Positions 1 to 9,349 of a stretch of DNA of 32,000 bases are shown here, in pieces. The position numbers and the translations under genes are program-made. The stretch covers positions 3,990,001 through 4,022,000 of the forward strand of contig NC_000964.3 of the NCBI RefSeq assembly GCF_000009045.1, written 5' to 3'. The stretch comes from Bacillus subtilis subsp. subtilis str. 168 (GTDB taxonomy: Bacteria > Bacillota > Bacilli > Bacillales > Bacillaceae). Numbering within the stretch: position 1 is the stretch's first letter; each line of letters begins with the position of its first letter. The notes under the pieces were generated by a model, which was not told the origin of the DNA, made no database searches, and worked only from the letters and a program-made list of their open reading frames with translations.

Positions 1-967
1 CAGCACACATTTCCTCAAGGCCGCGTTTCGCTTCCCAGCCTAGTTCTCGCTTGGCTTTCGCAGGATCTGCAAAGCATGTGGCGATGTCTCCCGGACGGCG
101 GTCCGCAAAACGGTATGGAACCTCTTTCCCTGACACTTTTTCAAAGGCTTTGACCATTTCCAGCACGCTGTAGCCTGTGCCTGTTCCAAGGTTGTATGCA
201 TCGGCTCCTGTAGAGTTCAATACTTTTTCCAGCGCCTTGACGTGGCCTTCTGCGAGATCAACGACGTGAATATAATCGCGTACGCCTGTCCCGTCTTTTG
301 TCGGATAGTCATTTCCGAATACGCTTAATTGCTCGAGCTTCCCGACTGCTACCTGTGCCACATACGGCATAAGGTTATTTGGGATTCCGTTCGGGTCTTC
401 ACCGATCCGTCCGCTTGGATGCGCGCCGAACGGGTTAAAGTAACGAAGCAGCGCAACGCTCCACTCATTGTCGGCTGTATGCAAATCACGCAATATTTGT
501 TCAAGCATGAGCTTCGTCTGCCCATAAGGATTTGTCGCGCCTAATGGAAAGTCTTCCGTAATCGGCGATGTTTCCGGAACGCCGTATACTGTCGCAGATG
601 AACTGAATACGATTTTCTTGACGCCGTATTTCTCCATGGCCTCGCATAAAATAAACGTTCCTGTCAAATTGTTATGATAATATTTGAGGGGAATCGCCAC
701 AGATTCGCCGACTGCTTTTAACCCTGCAAAATGAATCACAGCTTCGATTTCATTTTCAGCAAAAACGGAATCTACCGCTTCCCGGTCCAATAAATCCGCT
801 TCGTAGAACGTTAAATCTTTTCCTGTAATCTCCTTGACACGGTTCAGCGCTTCAGCTGAACTGTTGGACAGATTATCAAGAACAACAATCTCGTAGCCGC
901 TGTTCAATAGTTCAACACATGTGTGGCTGCCAATGTAACCGGCACCGCCAGTAACAAGTATTGCCAT
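1..967 (-). CDS. galE: UDP-glucose 4-epimerase, truncated by the left window edge (N-terminal ~322 aa present)
   Basis: Reverse-strand reading from ATG at 967 gives [22 protein letters not shown]..., the Rossmann motif of GalE, open to the window edge. Confidence 0.95.
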   Translation of the reverse strand, partial: MAILVTGGAGYIGSHTCVELLNSGYEIVVLDNLSNSSAEALNRVKEITGKDLTFYEADLLDREAVDSVFAENEIEAVIHFAGLKAVGESVAIPLKYYHNNLTGTFILCEAMEKYGVKKIVFSSSATVYGVPETSPITEDFPLGATNPYGQTKLMLEQILRDLHTADNEWSVALLRYFNPFGAHPSGRIGEDPNGIPNNLMPYVAQVAVGKLEQLSVFGNDYPTKDGTGVRDYIHVVDLAEGHVKALEKVLNSTGADAYNLGTGTGYSVLEMVKAFEKVSGKEVPYRFADRRPGDIATCFADPAKAKRELGWEAKRGLEEMCA

Positions 968-1081
968 GATGTAAACCCTCCTAAAAAATGACCTGTTTTC
1001 ATTATATAGTGTTTAGAACCGGTCCACATCCATTTTTAAGAAGTTTAATCGTTTATTAATAGTTTTTTCATATTTTTTAGC

Positions 1082-1588
1082 TTAAACCCTTGCCAGCAAT
1101 TCGATAGAGGTTTCAGCAAGAATGTGCTCTTTCATTTCTTGATAGAGCTCATTCAAGTAAAAGCCCGGCTGAAGATTCAGCTCAGCATCTAAAGCATAGA
1201 CCGTCAATGTATACGCATGATCCTTGTCAGGCGGTGTCGGCCCGCAATACTGGTGAATCACCTTTGGATCGTTGCTTCCCGCAAGCGGTGAAGCAAAGCT
1301 GTTTTGCCCTTGTATCATCAAGTCCTGTCTTTCCTCACTCGCATGTTCAGGAAGCTCTCCGATGTAAGCCGGAATATTAGCCGCTGTCCAGTGAATCCAG
1401 CTGAATCCGCATACGGGAATGGCGTCATGATCGATGAAAGTAAGTGCGAGCGTCTTTGCTCCGGACGGGATGTCATCAAAATGAATTGGAAAGGATACAA
1501 ATGGGTTTCCTTCTCTCTTATATTTTTCATCCGCGTATTTTGAATACTTGTCATGTAAATATGGATTTGCTTCTACGTATATGTTCAT
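1082..1588 (-). CDS. yxkA: PEBP/YbhB-like family protein, 168 aa
   Basis: ORF of 168 aa with phosphatidylethanolamine-binding-like motifs (FVSFPIHFDDIPSGAKTLALTFIDHDA; HKYCGPTPPDKDHAYTLTVYALD-like), next to galE. Confidence 0.85.
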   Translation of the reverse strand: MNIYVEANPYLHDKYSKYADEKYKREGNPFVSFPIHFDDIPSGAKTLALTFIDHDAIPVCGFSWIHWTAANIPAYIGELPEHASEERQDLMIQGQNSFASPLAGSNDPKVIHQYCGPTPPDKDHAYTLTVYALDAELNLQPGFYLNELYQEMKEHILAETSIELLARV

Positions 1589-1717
1589 ATGAATCCCTCT
1601 CTCTATTTTCTCGTTCTATAGGTATACTAAACGAATCGATGTATAATCAGTGATAAACAAATACGCATGTAAACGTAACAATTTGTTATGGATAACTTGC
1701 AGTGAAGGAGATATTTC

Positions 1718-2593
1718 ATGGATTTAAAATGGCTGCAAACCTTTATTGCCGCAGCGGAATCAGAGAGCTTCAGGGAGGCGGCTGAGCATCTGTATCTCAC
1801 ACAGCCTGCCGTTTCTCAGCATATGAGGAAATTGGAAGATGAACTGGACATGAGGTTGTTTTTGCATAGCGGAAGACGAGTCGTACTGACTGACGAAGGC
1901 AGGCTCTTTTTGCCTTATGCCAAAGAAATGATCCATGTTTACCAAGCTGGAAAGCAGAAAGTCAGTCAATGGAAACAGGGGTACAGCCGATCACTCACGC
2001 TGGCCGTACACCCCTACATTGCGTCCTATATCTTGCCTCGCTTTCTGCCAGCCTATATCCAAAAACATCCGCATGTCGAGCTTTCAACTCATGTGGCTGG
2101 ATCTGACGCTATTAAACAAGCGGTGGAACACAATGAAGCTGATATTGGTTTGTCGCGGAAAGACCCGAACACCAACACTCTTTATTATCAGCATATATGC
2201 GAAGGTACGCTTTGTCTGGCGGCTCCTTTCCAAGAAAGCAGACCGGATGCTGCATCCGTCTTAACCCGCTATCGGCTGCTAACGCATGATCATCCGTCAT
2301 ATGGGGATGCCTTTTTAGATAACATCCGATCACATTACCCGTATCTTCAAATGATGGCTGTCGGGCAGACGGATACGGCTGTCCACATGATGAAAGCGGG
2401 AATGGGGGCATCTTTCCTCCCTACCTACATTATCAAACAGGAAGAAGCCGAAAAAAAGCTGATGGCTGTCAGCACGCCTGCACATCTAGAATTGCCTGCG
2501 TCCCAAACGTTTATGATGTGGAAAAGAAACAGCGAAGACATTCAGCATTTTCACGCCATGTTACATGACTTTATGCAGCGCGAACAAGTATAG
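1718..2593 (+). CDS. yxjO: LysR-family transcriptional regulator, 291 aa
   Basis: N-terminal LysR HTH (MDLKWLQTFIAAAESESFREAAEHLYLTQPAVSQHMRKLEDELDMRLF); RBS GGAGAT upstream. Confidence 0.93.
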   Translation: MDLKWLQTFIAAAESESFREAAEHLYLTQPAVSQHMRKLEDELDMRLFLHSGRRVVLTDEGRLFLPYAKEMIHVYQAGKQKVSQWKQGYSRSLTLAVHPYIASYILPRFLPAYIQKHPHVELSTHVAGSDAIKQAVEHNEADIGLSRKDPNTNTLYYQHICEGTLCLAAPFQESRPDAASVLTRYRLLTHDHPSYGDAFLDNIRSHYPYLQMMAVGQTDTAVHMMKAGMGASFLPTYIIKQEEAEKKLMAVSTPAHLELPASQTFMMWKRNSEDIQHFHAMLHDFMQREQV

Positions 2594-2670
2594 AGCTGAA
2601 AAATCAATCTGCCGGTTGACGTTTTTCTTTCCTATTTTCGCTATGCTTAATGCAGAAAGGATTTGATGAC

Positions 2671-3144
2671 ATGGCGATGAGCCCTTATATTTTTATTGTA
2701 TTGATTCTTATTATTTTATCGATGTATCGAGAAAGAACGGTAAAGCCCGGGAAGTTGCTGATCATTCCACTGTTGCTCTTATGGGGCGTATCTGCATCGT
2801 TTCAGCCGGCGTATTTTCATTCCGTATTACATGTGGCGATCAGCGGCATTTTATTACTGATCGGGCTGGCCTGCGGGTTTGGCATTGGGAAGATGGTAAA
2901 TGTACGGATTCACCCGGAAACCGGAAAGGTCACTTCACGCGGCTCACTTGGGAGTGTTATCCTCATTCTAGTGATACTTTCTTTGCGCATGGCCGCGAGA
3001 ACATGGCTGCCTGAGAGCAACGAGATGTTTATTGCCATTATTCATTCTATGTTCTTCGTTCCCCTCGGCACCATCACAGCCCGCAACATCATGCTTTACA
3101 AAGCATACAGACGACTGACCGCTGGCAAAGTATCCATTCAATAA
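2671..3144 (+). CDS. yxjN: Membrane protein, CcdC-like
   Basis: Hydrophobic multi-TM ORF; start placed at ATG GCG (2671) after AAAGGA. The track lists the longer 2650 start. Confidence 0.75.
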   Translation: MAMSPYIFIVLILIILSMYRERTVKPGKLLIIPLLLLWGVSASFQPAYFHSVLHVAISGILLLIGLACGFGIGKMVNVRIHPETGKVTSRGSLGSVILILVILSLRMAARTWLPESNEMFIAIIHSMFFVPLGTITARNIMLYKAYRRLTAGKVSIQ

Positions 3145-3161
3145 CCGAAAGAAGGACCAGC

Positions 3162-4382
3162 ATGAACGGACAAACTCCGGCTCGGCACTACTACAAGAAG
3201 CTTGTGCCGAGCCTTATTCTCATTTTGAATTGCATACAATTTTTATCTCATCCAACTAAGGCTGATCCCATTTTGTTAGCATTTGTATTTGCGGTATACT
3301 TAGCATTCATTTGGATCATTCCCTATGTGGCATCCACTGCTGTTAGTTTGAGCATATTCATCGGACTCTGGCTCCTGACCGATTTCTTTTGGGCTGTTTC
3401 CGGCCAAGAGCAGGGTGCCGCCTATTTTTTGATTGTATTTTTAATGATATATGCCGCCTTTAGACTCCCTTCACGGCTATCCTTGATCTTCACAGCATGT
3501 TTAATTGGAGGCAACATATTACTCCTATCCTCACAAGGGGGAAGCTTGAATACCATCATCAGCAACATCTCGATCATGCTCGGTCTGTACGTCCTCTTCT
3601 CCTCCATGCGTTTCAGACGAGAAGCGAGAAGGGAGGCTGAACGGAATCATGCTGAATTGGCAAAAATGCATGTGCAGCTGGAGCATGCTCATAAAGAACT
3701 CCAGAAAGCGCATGCAGAGCTGCAGGAGGCTTCTGTTCTTTCATTAAGGTACGCGGTCCTTGAGGAACGTACAAGAATTGCCCGCGACATTCATGACAGC
3801 ATCGGTCACGAGCTGACTTCTGTGATTGTTCAGCTTCAATCCCTTCCCTATATCCTTAAAAGCAGCAAGGAGGATTCAGAAAAAGTCATTCAAAATGTAC
3901 TGAGTGTCGCCAGGGAGTGTCTTCAAGAAGTGCGGTCTGTTGTTCACCAAATGGGCCGTAGTGAATCGATGGTGGGGCTTACCGCTTTGCGGGGGCTCAT
4001 TCATCAAGTGGAGGAACGGAGCGGCTTGCACGTTTCTTTAGATACTGCCGGACTGTCAGAAGAGTCTTGGCCTCCAAACGTGAGCGAAACGATCTACCGC
4101 ATCTTGCAGGAAGCGCTGACCAATATCATTCGTCACGCTGACGCTTCTCATGCGGCGGCCGTCATTTCTAATGACAAGTCCCATCTCTATGTCACAATCA
4201 CCGACGACGGACAATTCACCGGCAGCCTTACTTATGGATTTGGCCTGACAGGAATGAAAGAGCGCGCAGAAAAAGCAGGCGGTTCCCTTACTTTCAGTGC
4301 CGTACAGCCGAGCGGCCTGAAAATTGAGCTGTCATTGCCGCTCATGACAACGAATAAGGAGCAAAAAGATGAACAAAGATAA
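3162..4382 (+). CDS. yxjM: Sensor histidine kinase (NarL/DesK-type HisKA_3), 406 aa
   Basis: N-terminal TM segments, then 'LEERTRIARDIHDSIGHELTSVIVQLQ' (HisKA_3) and 'ALTNIIRHADAS ... GFGLTGMKERAEKAGG' (ATPase). Confidence 0.93.
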   Translation: MNGQTPARHYYKKLVPSLILILNCIQFLSHPTKADPILLAFVFAVYLAFIWIIPYVASTAVSLSIFIGLWLLTDFFWAVSGQEQGAAYFLIVFLMIYAAFRLPSRLSLIFTACLIGGNILLLSSQGGSLNTIISNISIMLGLYVLFSSMRFRREARREAERNHAELAKMHVQLEHAHKELQKAHAELQEASVLSLRYAVLEERTRIARDIHDSIGHELTSVIVQLQSLPYILKSSKEDSEKVIQNVLSVARECLQEVRSVVHQMGRSESMVGLTALRGLIHQVEERSGLHVSLDTAGLSEESWPPNVSETIYRILQEALTNIIRHADASHAAAVISNDKSHLYVTITDDGQFTGSLTYGFGLTGMKERAEKAGGSLTFSAVQPSGLKIELSLPLMTTNKEQKDEQR

Positions 4383-5025
4383 AATACGCGTAGCGCTTGC
4401 CGATGATCAGCCGCTTGTGCGTGAAGGCTTCCGCTACGTCATCAACGCACAGACGGATATGACGGTTTCTGGCGAGGCCGGCGACGGTCACGATATTATA
4501 GCACTCGCAAAACAAACAAAACCCGATGTCATCCTCATGGATGTCCAGATGCCGCGTTGCTCAGGCATCGAAGCGGCGAAAGACATTATGTCCGCACTTC
4601 CAAATACAAAGATAGTCATTTTAACCACCTTTGACACGGAAGAATACGTATTTGAAGGCATCCGTGCGGGCGCAGTCGGCTATCTGCTGAAGGATACACT
4701 TCCTGAGGAGTTGATAGATGCGATTCGCGCTGCGGCCAGAGGCGAGGCGATTTTCCGTACAGTCACAGCTGCTAAAATCATCAGTGAGACATTTCGGGCG
4801 AAACAGCAAACTCATGCCGAAGAACTGGCAGAGCCGTTCACCAAAAGAGAGCTTGAGGTTCTTCAGCAAATGGCCTACGGACTGAGAAATGAGGATATTG
4901 CTGAAAAGCTTTTCGTCAGTGAAAGCACTGTGAAAACCCACGTGCACCGCATCCTGCAAAAATGCAATGCCCAAGACCGGACACAGGCAGTCGTTTTTGC
5001 CATTCGAAACGGTATTGTGCAATAG
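4369..5025 (+). CDS. yxjL: Response regulator, NarL/LuxR type, 218 aa
   Basis: Receiver domain '[18 protein letters not shown]...[14 protein letters not shown]' and LuxR HTH '[42 protein letters not shown]'-type C-terminus; overlaps the end of yxjM by 14 nt. Confidence 0.93.
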   Translation: [218 protein letters not shown]

Positions 5026-5074
5026 AAATCTCTCATCCCGCCATGCTAAAATAAGACAAAGGAGATGATTGGAA

Positions 5075-6307
5075 ATGAAAGAAGAAATCATTGAACGGTT
5101 TACTACATATGTAAAAGTCGATACACAGTCCGATGAATCCGTTGACACTTGTCCTTCCACACCCGGCCAATTGACATTAGGAAACATGCTAGTTGATGAA
5201 TTGAAGTCCATCGGCATGCAGGATGCAGCCATTGATGAAAACGGCTATGTCATGGCAACTCTTCCCTCCAATACTGAAAAAGACGTGCCGACAATCGGCT
5301 TTCTCGCTCACGTCGACACCGCTACAGACTTTACCGGCAAAAATGTGAATCCGCAAATCATCGAAAGCTATGATGGAAAAGACATCGTTCTTAACGAACA
5401 GCTGCAGGTCACCCTGTCACCTGATCAATTCCCTGAGCTGTCCGGCTATAAGGGCCATACACTCATCACCACAGACGGCACCACCCTTCTCGGCGCAGAC
5501 AATAAGGCCGGTATCGCTGAAATCATGACAGCCATGGATTACCTCATCAAACACCCTGAAATCAAGCACGGCACAATCAGAGTCGCCTTTACGCCTGATG
5601 AAGAAATCGGAAGAGGGCCGCACAAATTTGATGTGAAACGGTTCAATGCATCCTTTGCCTACACGGTTGACGGCGGGCCGCTCGGCGAGCTTGAATATGA
5701 AAGCTTCAATGCCGCTGCCGCAAAAATTACGATTAAAGGCAACAACGTACATCCCGGAACAGCTAAAGGAAAAATGATCAACTCTGCGAAAATCGCGATG
5801 AAGCTGAACAGCCTGCTGCCGGCAGACGAAGCGCCTGAATATACGGAAGGTTATGAAGGCTTCTACCACCTGCTGTCGATTCAAGGAGACGTAGAGGAAA
5901 CAAAGCTCCACTACATTATCAGAGACTTTGACAAAGAGAATTTCCAAAACAGAAAAGAAACAATGAAGCGTGCCGTTGAAGAACTTCAAAACGAATACGG
6001 GCAAGACCGGATTCTGCTGGATATGAACGACCAATACTACAACATGAGAGAGAAAATTGAACCTGTCATCGAAATCGTCAACATTGCCAAGCAAGCGATG
6101 GAAAACCTCGGCATCGAACCGAAGATTTCCCCCATCCGCGGCGGAACCGACGGATCACAGCTGTCCTACATGGGGCTTCCGACGCCAAACATCTTTACAG
6201 GCGGGGAAAACTTCCACGGCAAATTTGAATACATCTCAGTTGACAACATGGTCAAAGCCGTAAATGTCATCGTTGAGATTGCAAAGCAGTTTGAAGCGCA
6301 AGCATAA
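5075..6307 (+). CDS. pepT: Peptidase T (tripeptidase), 410 aa
   Basis: Motifs [66 protein letters not shown]; ATG at 5075 after GGAGATGATTGGAA. Confidence 0.95.
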   Translation: MKEEIIERFTTYVKVDTQSDESVDTCPSTPGQLTLGNMLVDELKSIGMQDAAIDENGYVMATLPSNTEKDVPTIGFLAHVDTATDFTGKNVNPQIIESYDGKDIVLNEQLQVTLSPDQFPELSGYKGHTLITTDGTTLLGADNKAGIAEIMTAMDYLIKHPEIKHGTIRVAFTPDEEIGRGPHKFDVKRFNASFAYTVDGGPLGELEYESFNAAAAKITIKGNNVHPGTAKGKMINSAKIAMKLNSLLPADEAPEYTEGYEGFYHLLSIQGDVEETKLHYIIRDFDKENFQNRKETMKRAVEELQNEYGQDRILLDMNDQYYNMREKIEPVIEIVNIAKQAMENLGIEPKISPIRGGTDGSQLSYMGLPTPNIFTGGENFHGKFEYISVDNMVKAVNVIVEIAKQFEAQA

Positions 6308-6312
6308 CGCCA

Positions 6313-6345
6313 AAAGCCAGTCCAAAAAAGGACTGGCTTTTTTGT
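6313..6345 (+). terminator. Rho-independent terminator after pepT
   Basis: AAAGCCAGTCCaaaaaAGGACTGGCTTTTTTGT hairpin with U-run. Confidence 0.85.
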
Positions 6346-6411
6346 GTGAAAATGAAACATTTTAAACACGTCCTCCGTAAAACAAGTATCAACAAATGAG
6401 GAGGAAAAACA

Positions 6412-6540
6412 ATGACAAAACATGCAATCGCTGCCAAGAGTCTCTTGAAAAAATGGATCATTTCCAGGCCGCTTAACATGAAAAAGAAATCCAGCCCATT
6501 TCAAAAAATCAGAAAAATGTTCAAACGCTTCTTCAAATAA
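6412..6540 (+). CDS. Small highly basic peptide, 42 aa, unknown function
   Basis: Manual translation: MTKHAIAAKSLLKKWIISRPLNMKKKSSPFQKIRKMFKRFFK*; SD GAGGAGG eight nt upstream of ATG; below the length cutoff of the supplied ORF track; terminator follows. Confidence 0.6.
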   Translation: MTKHAIAAKSLLKKWIISRPLNMKKKSSPFQKIRKMFKRFFK

Positions 6541-6582
6541 AACATCAAATCCCCTAAATACAATCCGTATTCACCCGTACCG

Positions 6583-6612
6583 CCCAAATGCTCCGTAATT
6601 TGGGTTTTTTGT
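6583..6612 (+). terminator. Rho-independent terminator after the 42-aa ORF
   Basis: CCCAAATgctccgtaATTTGGGTTTTTTG. Confidence 0.75.
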
Positions 6613-6921
6613 GTTCAATTCCGCAAAATAGGGTATAAACCAAACAAGCAAGAAAACAGCACCCAAAAACAGGTAATTCGAATTACGTAAACTTAGGTTA
6701 AAAGTTATATAAAGGAATTTATTTTATCGTCGATAGTAACTATAGAACCAATCATCAACAAGAGCAAACAGCGTAATTCAAGACTATTTTCAGGTCATCA
6801 GGTAATACTGTTTTAGAGGGACAGTTTCTTGTTATTTATTGATTTAGAATTTTTTGAATACTTTTTGGCATTTTATCCGTACAATAGAGAGTACCAAAAC
6901 TTTTTTTGGGAGGTATGTAAT

Positions 6922-7092
6922 ATGATCCTATTTATTATCATCGCATTATGCGGCTATCTTCTTTTTTCTTTCAGCAAGGACAATCGCCGCAAACCGCAAA
7001 AGACAAGCCCTCTGCCAGCAGCCGCACCTCATCACAACAACCTAATCGACCTTGACGCCATCCGCCAAAAACGCCGGATGCATCTTTCCTAA
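6922..7092 (+). CDS. yxjJ: Small membrane protein, 56 aa by the RBS-supported start (87 aa by the track's TTG start)
   Basis: GGGAGGTATGTAATATG gives MILFIIIALCGYLLFSFSKDNRRKP...; single N-terminal TM. Confidence 0.65.
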   Translation: MILFIIIALCGYLLFSFSKDNRRKPQKTSPLPAAAPHHNNLIDLDAIRQKRRMHLS

Positions 7093-7108
7093 TTCTATAT
7101 TTCAAACG

Positions 7109-7140
7109 AAAAGGCTGCTGAATCACGCAGCCTTTTAAAA
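7109..7140 (+). terminator. Terminator-like hairpin after yxjJ
   Basis: AAAAGGCTGCtgaatcacGCAGCCTTTTaaaatt. Confidence 0.6.
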
Positions 7141-7158
7141 TTGTTTTGATTTAGAGCC

Positions 7159-7184
7159 TGAAACCTTTTCGCCACCTATCCGTA
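7159..7184 (+). promoter_or_regulatory. SigW-type ECF promoter upstream of yxjI
   Basis: TGAAAC-N16-CGTA matches the SigW consensus (TGAAACN16CGTA), 37 nt upstream of the yxjI start. Confidence 0.85.
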
Positions 7185-7220
7185 ATTTCATACAAGGCAA
7201 ACCCAAAGGAGACTTCAGCA

Positions 7221-7709
7221 ATGATCGAGTTATTTATGAAACAAAAAATGTTCTCATTTAAAGATGCATTTCACATTTATGACCGGGATGAACAAGAAAC
7301 ATTCAAGGTGGAGGGGCGTTTTTTCTCGTTAGGAGACTCATTACAAATGACAGACTCATCTGGGAAAACGCTCGTTTCCATAGAACAAAAACTAATGTCT
7401 TTATTGCCGCGCTATGAGATTTCAATTGGCGGGAAAACAGTTTGTGAGGTAACGAAGAAAGTAACGTTTTCCAAACCGAAATTTGTGATTTCCGGGCTTA
7501 ACTGGGAAATAGATGGTGATTTATGGAGGGATGAATTCCAACTGACGGACGGGGAAAATGTCCGGATGTCAGTGAGCAAAAAGTGGCTCAGTTGGGGTGA
7601 TTCCTATCACTTGCAGATTGCATACGAGGAAGATGTTCTGATTTGCACTGCCATCGCTATCGTGCTTGATATGGTTTTATATAACGATGAAGATGAAAGT
7701 ATTTTCTAA
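7221..7709 (+). CDS. yxjI: LURP-one-related/Tubby-like fold protein, 162 aa
   Basis: ORF 'MIELFMKQKMFSFKDAFHIYDRDEQETFKVEGRFFSLGDSLQMTD...', LURP-one pattern; SigW promoter upstream. Confidence 0.85.
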   Translation: MIELFMKQKMFSFKDAFHIYDRDEQETFKVEGRFFSLGDSLQMTDSSGKTLVSIEQKLMSLLPRYEISIGGKTVCEVTKKVTFSKPKFVISGLNWEIDGDLWRDEFQLTDGENVRMSVSKKWLSWGDSYHLQIAYEEDVLICTAIAIVLDMVLYNDEDESIF

Positions 7710-7715
7710 AAAGCA

Positions 7716-7743
7716 TTGACAATTGATCCAAAAGTAATAATAT
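7716..7743 (+). promoter_or_regulatory. SigA-like promoter of the first S-box transcript
   Basis: TTGACA (7716-7721), 16-nt spacer, TAATAT (7738-7743). Confidence 0.6.
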
Positions 7744-7776
7744 TAAGATAATTGAAATCTGAATATGAAGTTGTAC

Positions 7777-7899
7777 CTTATCAAGAGAGGTGGAGGGACT
7801 GGCCCTATGATACCCGGCAACCGCTGTTTCAAACAGAATGGTGCTAAATCCTTAAGAACATTGCGTTCTTGCAGATGAGGCGGAGATTTGATCGTTCAA
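7777..7899 (+). promoter_or_regulatory. SAM-I (S-box) riboswitch upstream of yxjH
   Basis: Core motifs CTTATCAAGAGAGGTGGAGGGACTGGCCCTATGATACCCGGCAACC...AATGGTGCTAAATCC. Confidence 0.96.
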
Positions 7900-7931
7900 G
7901 CTCTTCCTTACACAAAGGAAGAGCTTTTTAC
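7899..7931 (+). terminator. Terminator of the first S-box expression platform
   Basis: AAGCTCTTCCTTacacAAAGGAAGAGCTTTTT. Confidence 0.9.
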
Positions 7932-7963
7932 ATGCTTAATATTTCAGAAAAGAGGCGAATAAC

Positions 7964-9097
7964 ATGGCTCAACAAACGAATGTTGCAGGACAAAAAACAG
8001 AAAAACAACGCAAAGCACCTTTCCGCGCCGATCATGTCGGCAGCTTGCTTCGTTCCGTTCCGGTAAAGGAAGCCCGGCAAAAAAAAGCGGCTGGTGAGAT
8101 GACAGCGGAACAGCTTCGTGATATCGAAAATCAAGAGATCACCCGCATCGTGGAAAAACAAAAAGAAATCGGTCTCGATGTGGTAACAGACGGGGAATTC
8201 CGGCGTTCCTGGTGGCATTATGACTTCCTGGAAGGGCTTGACGGTGTGGAACCGTTCATCCCGGCTGAGGGGATTCAGTTCCATAACACAAAAACGAAAG
8301 CGCGCAGCATCAAAGTGACGGGAAAACTCGATTTTACGAGCCACCCAGCGCTCGGTGATTATCAATTTTTACATGAGATTGCCGGTAACGCGACGCCAAA
8401 ATTGACCATTCCCAGTCCAAATATGCTGTTTTTTGGCGAAAAGGCGGATAAAGGGATTTATGACGATCAAGAGGAATACTTTCATGATATGGCCCAAGCG
8501 TACAAAAAAGCAATCAAAGCCTTCTATGATGCTGGCTGCCGTTATCTCCAGCTTGATGATACGTCATGGTCTCTCTTCTTTGAGGACAAAGGCAGAGAGG
8601 TTGTCCGGGCGCTCGGCGGTGATCCAGAAACATTGCCAGCCATATTTGCCAAAACAATTAACGATGCCGTCGCAGACCGGCCTGACGATTTAACGATCAC
8701 AATGCACATTTGCCGCGGCAACTTCCGCTCAACCTGGGCGGCATCAGGAGGGTACGACGCTGTAGCGGAAACGATTTTGGACGGCTTAAACCTTGACGGC
8801 CTTTTCTTGGAATACGATGATGACCGCTCCGGAAACTTTGATCCGCTCCGTTTTGTGAAGCGCAAGGATCTGCAAATTGTGCTCGGCTTGATCACATCGA
8901 AATACGGCGAGCTTGAAAATCCTGAGGATGTGAAACGCCGTATCAATGAAGCCGCGCGTTTTGTCAGCTTGGACCAGCTATGCCTGAGCCCGCAGTGCGG
9001 TTTCGCCTCTACAGAAGAAGGCAACCTTCTGACAGAGGAGCAGCAATGGGCAAAGCTGCGCCATGTCATCGACATTGCCAACGATGTGTGGAGATAA
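7964..9097 (+). CDS. yxjH: MetE C-terminal-like (core) methionine synthase family protein, 377 aa
   Basis: Motifs DHVGSLLRS, VVTDGEFRRSWW, MHICRGNF, VLGLITSKYGELENPEDVKRRI, LCLSPQCGFAS; S-box in the leader. Confidence 0.93.
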   Translation: MAQQTNVAGQKTEKQRKAPFRADHVGSLLRSVPVKEARQKKAAGEMTAEQLRDIENQEITRIVEKQKEIGLDVVTDGEFRRSWWHYDFLEGLDGVEPFIPAEGIQFHNTKTKARSIKVTGKLDFTSHPALGDYQFLHEIAGNATPKLTIPSPNMLFFGEKADKGIYDDQEEYFHDMAQAYKKAIKAFYDAGCRYLQLDDTSWSLFFEDKGREVVRALGGDPETLPAIFAKTINDAVADRPDDLTITMHICRGNFRSTWAASGGYDAVAETILDGLNLDGLFLEYDDDRSGNFDPLRFVKRKDLQIVLGLITSKYGELENPEDVKRRINEAARFVSLDQLCLSPQCGFASTEEGNLLTEEQQWAKLRHVIDIANDVWR

Positions 9098-9104
9098 TCT
9101 ATCA

Positions 9105-9133
9105 TTGACAGAAATAGAAAATGTGTGAATAAT
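9105..9133 (+). promoter_or_regulatory. SigA-like promoter of the second S-box transcript
   Basis: TTGACA, 17-nt spacer, AATAAT. Confidence 0.5.
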
Positions 9134-9166
9134 AGATACTATCAGAAAATTTAATAAAAAGGTTTT

Positions 9167-9286
9167 CCTTATCAAGAGAGGTGGAGGGACTGGCCCTGCG
9201 ATACCCGGCAACCGCTGTTTAACAGAATGGTGCTAAATCCTTTAGAGCAATGATTGCTCTTGAAGATAAGGTTGAGATTGTCACGC
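9167..9286 (+). promoter_or_regulatory. SAM-I (S-box) riboswitch upstream of yxjG
   Basis: CCTTATCAAGAGAGGTGGAGGGACTGGCCCTGCGATACCCGGCAACC...AATGGTGCTAAATCC. Confidence 0.96.
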
Positions 9287-9320
9287 AAGCTCTTCCTTAT
9301 CCAAAGGAAGAGCTTTTTTA
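9287..9320 (+). terminator. Terminator of the second S-box expression platform
   Basis: AAGCTCTTCCTTATCCAAAGGAAGAGCTTTTTT. Confidence 0.9.
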
Positions 9321-9349
9321 TATTTGAATGGAAAGAAGGAATGGACAAC

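Noticed and set aside
4621-5232. 203-aa minus-strand ORF across yxjL and the pepT start
   Set aside because: Overlaps a confident response regulator gene and the start of pepT; low-complexity shadow translation.
5417-6094. 225-aa minus-strand ORF within pepT
   Set aside because: Antisense shadow of a clear peptidase T gene; no recognisable domain.
6614-6640. Possible SigB promoter near GGGTAT (~6632)
   Set aside because: GGGTAT is present, but the appropriately spaced upstream hexamer does not match GTTTAA well enough to call.
9254-9349. N-terminal extension of yxjG in the ORF track
   Set aside because: It would translate through the S-box terminator (9287-9320). A good RBS and ATG exist at 9350.
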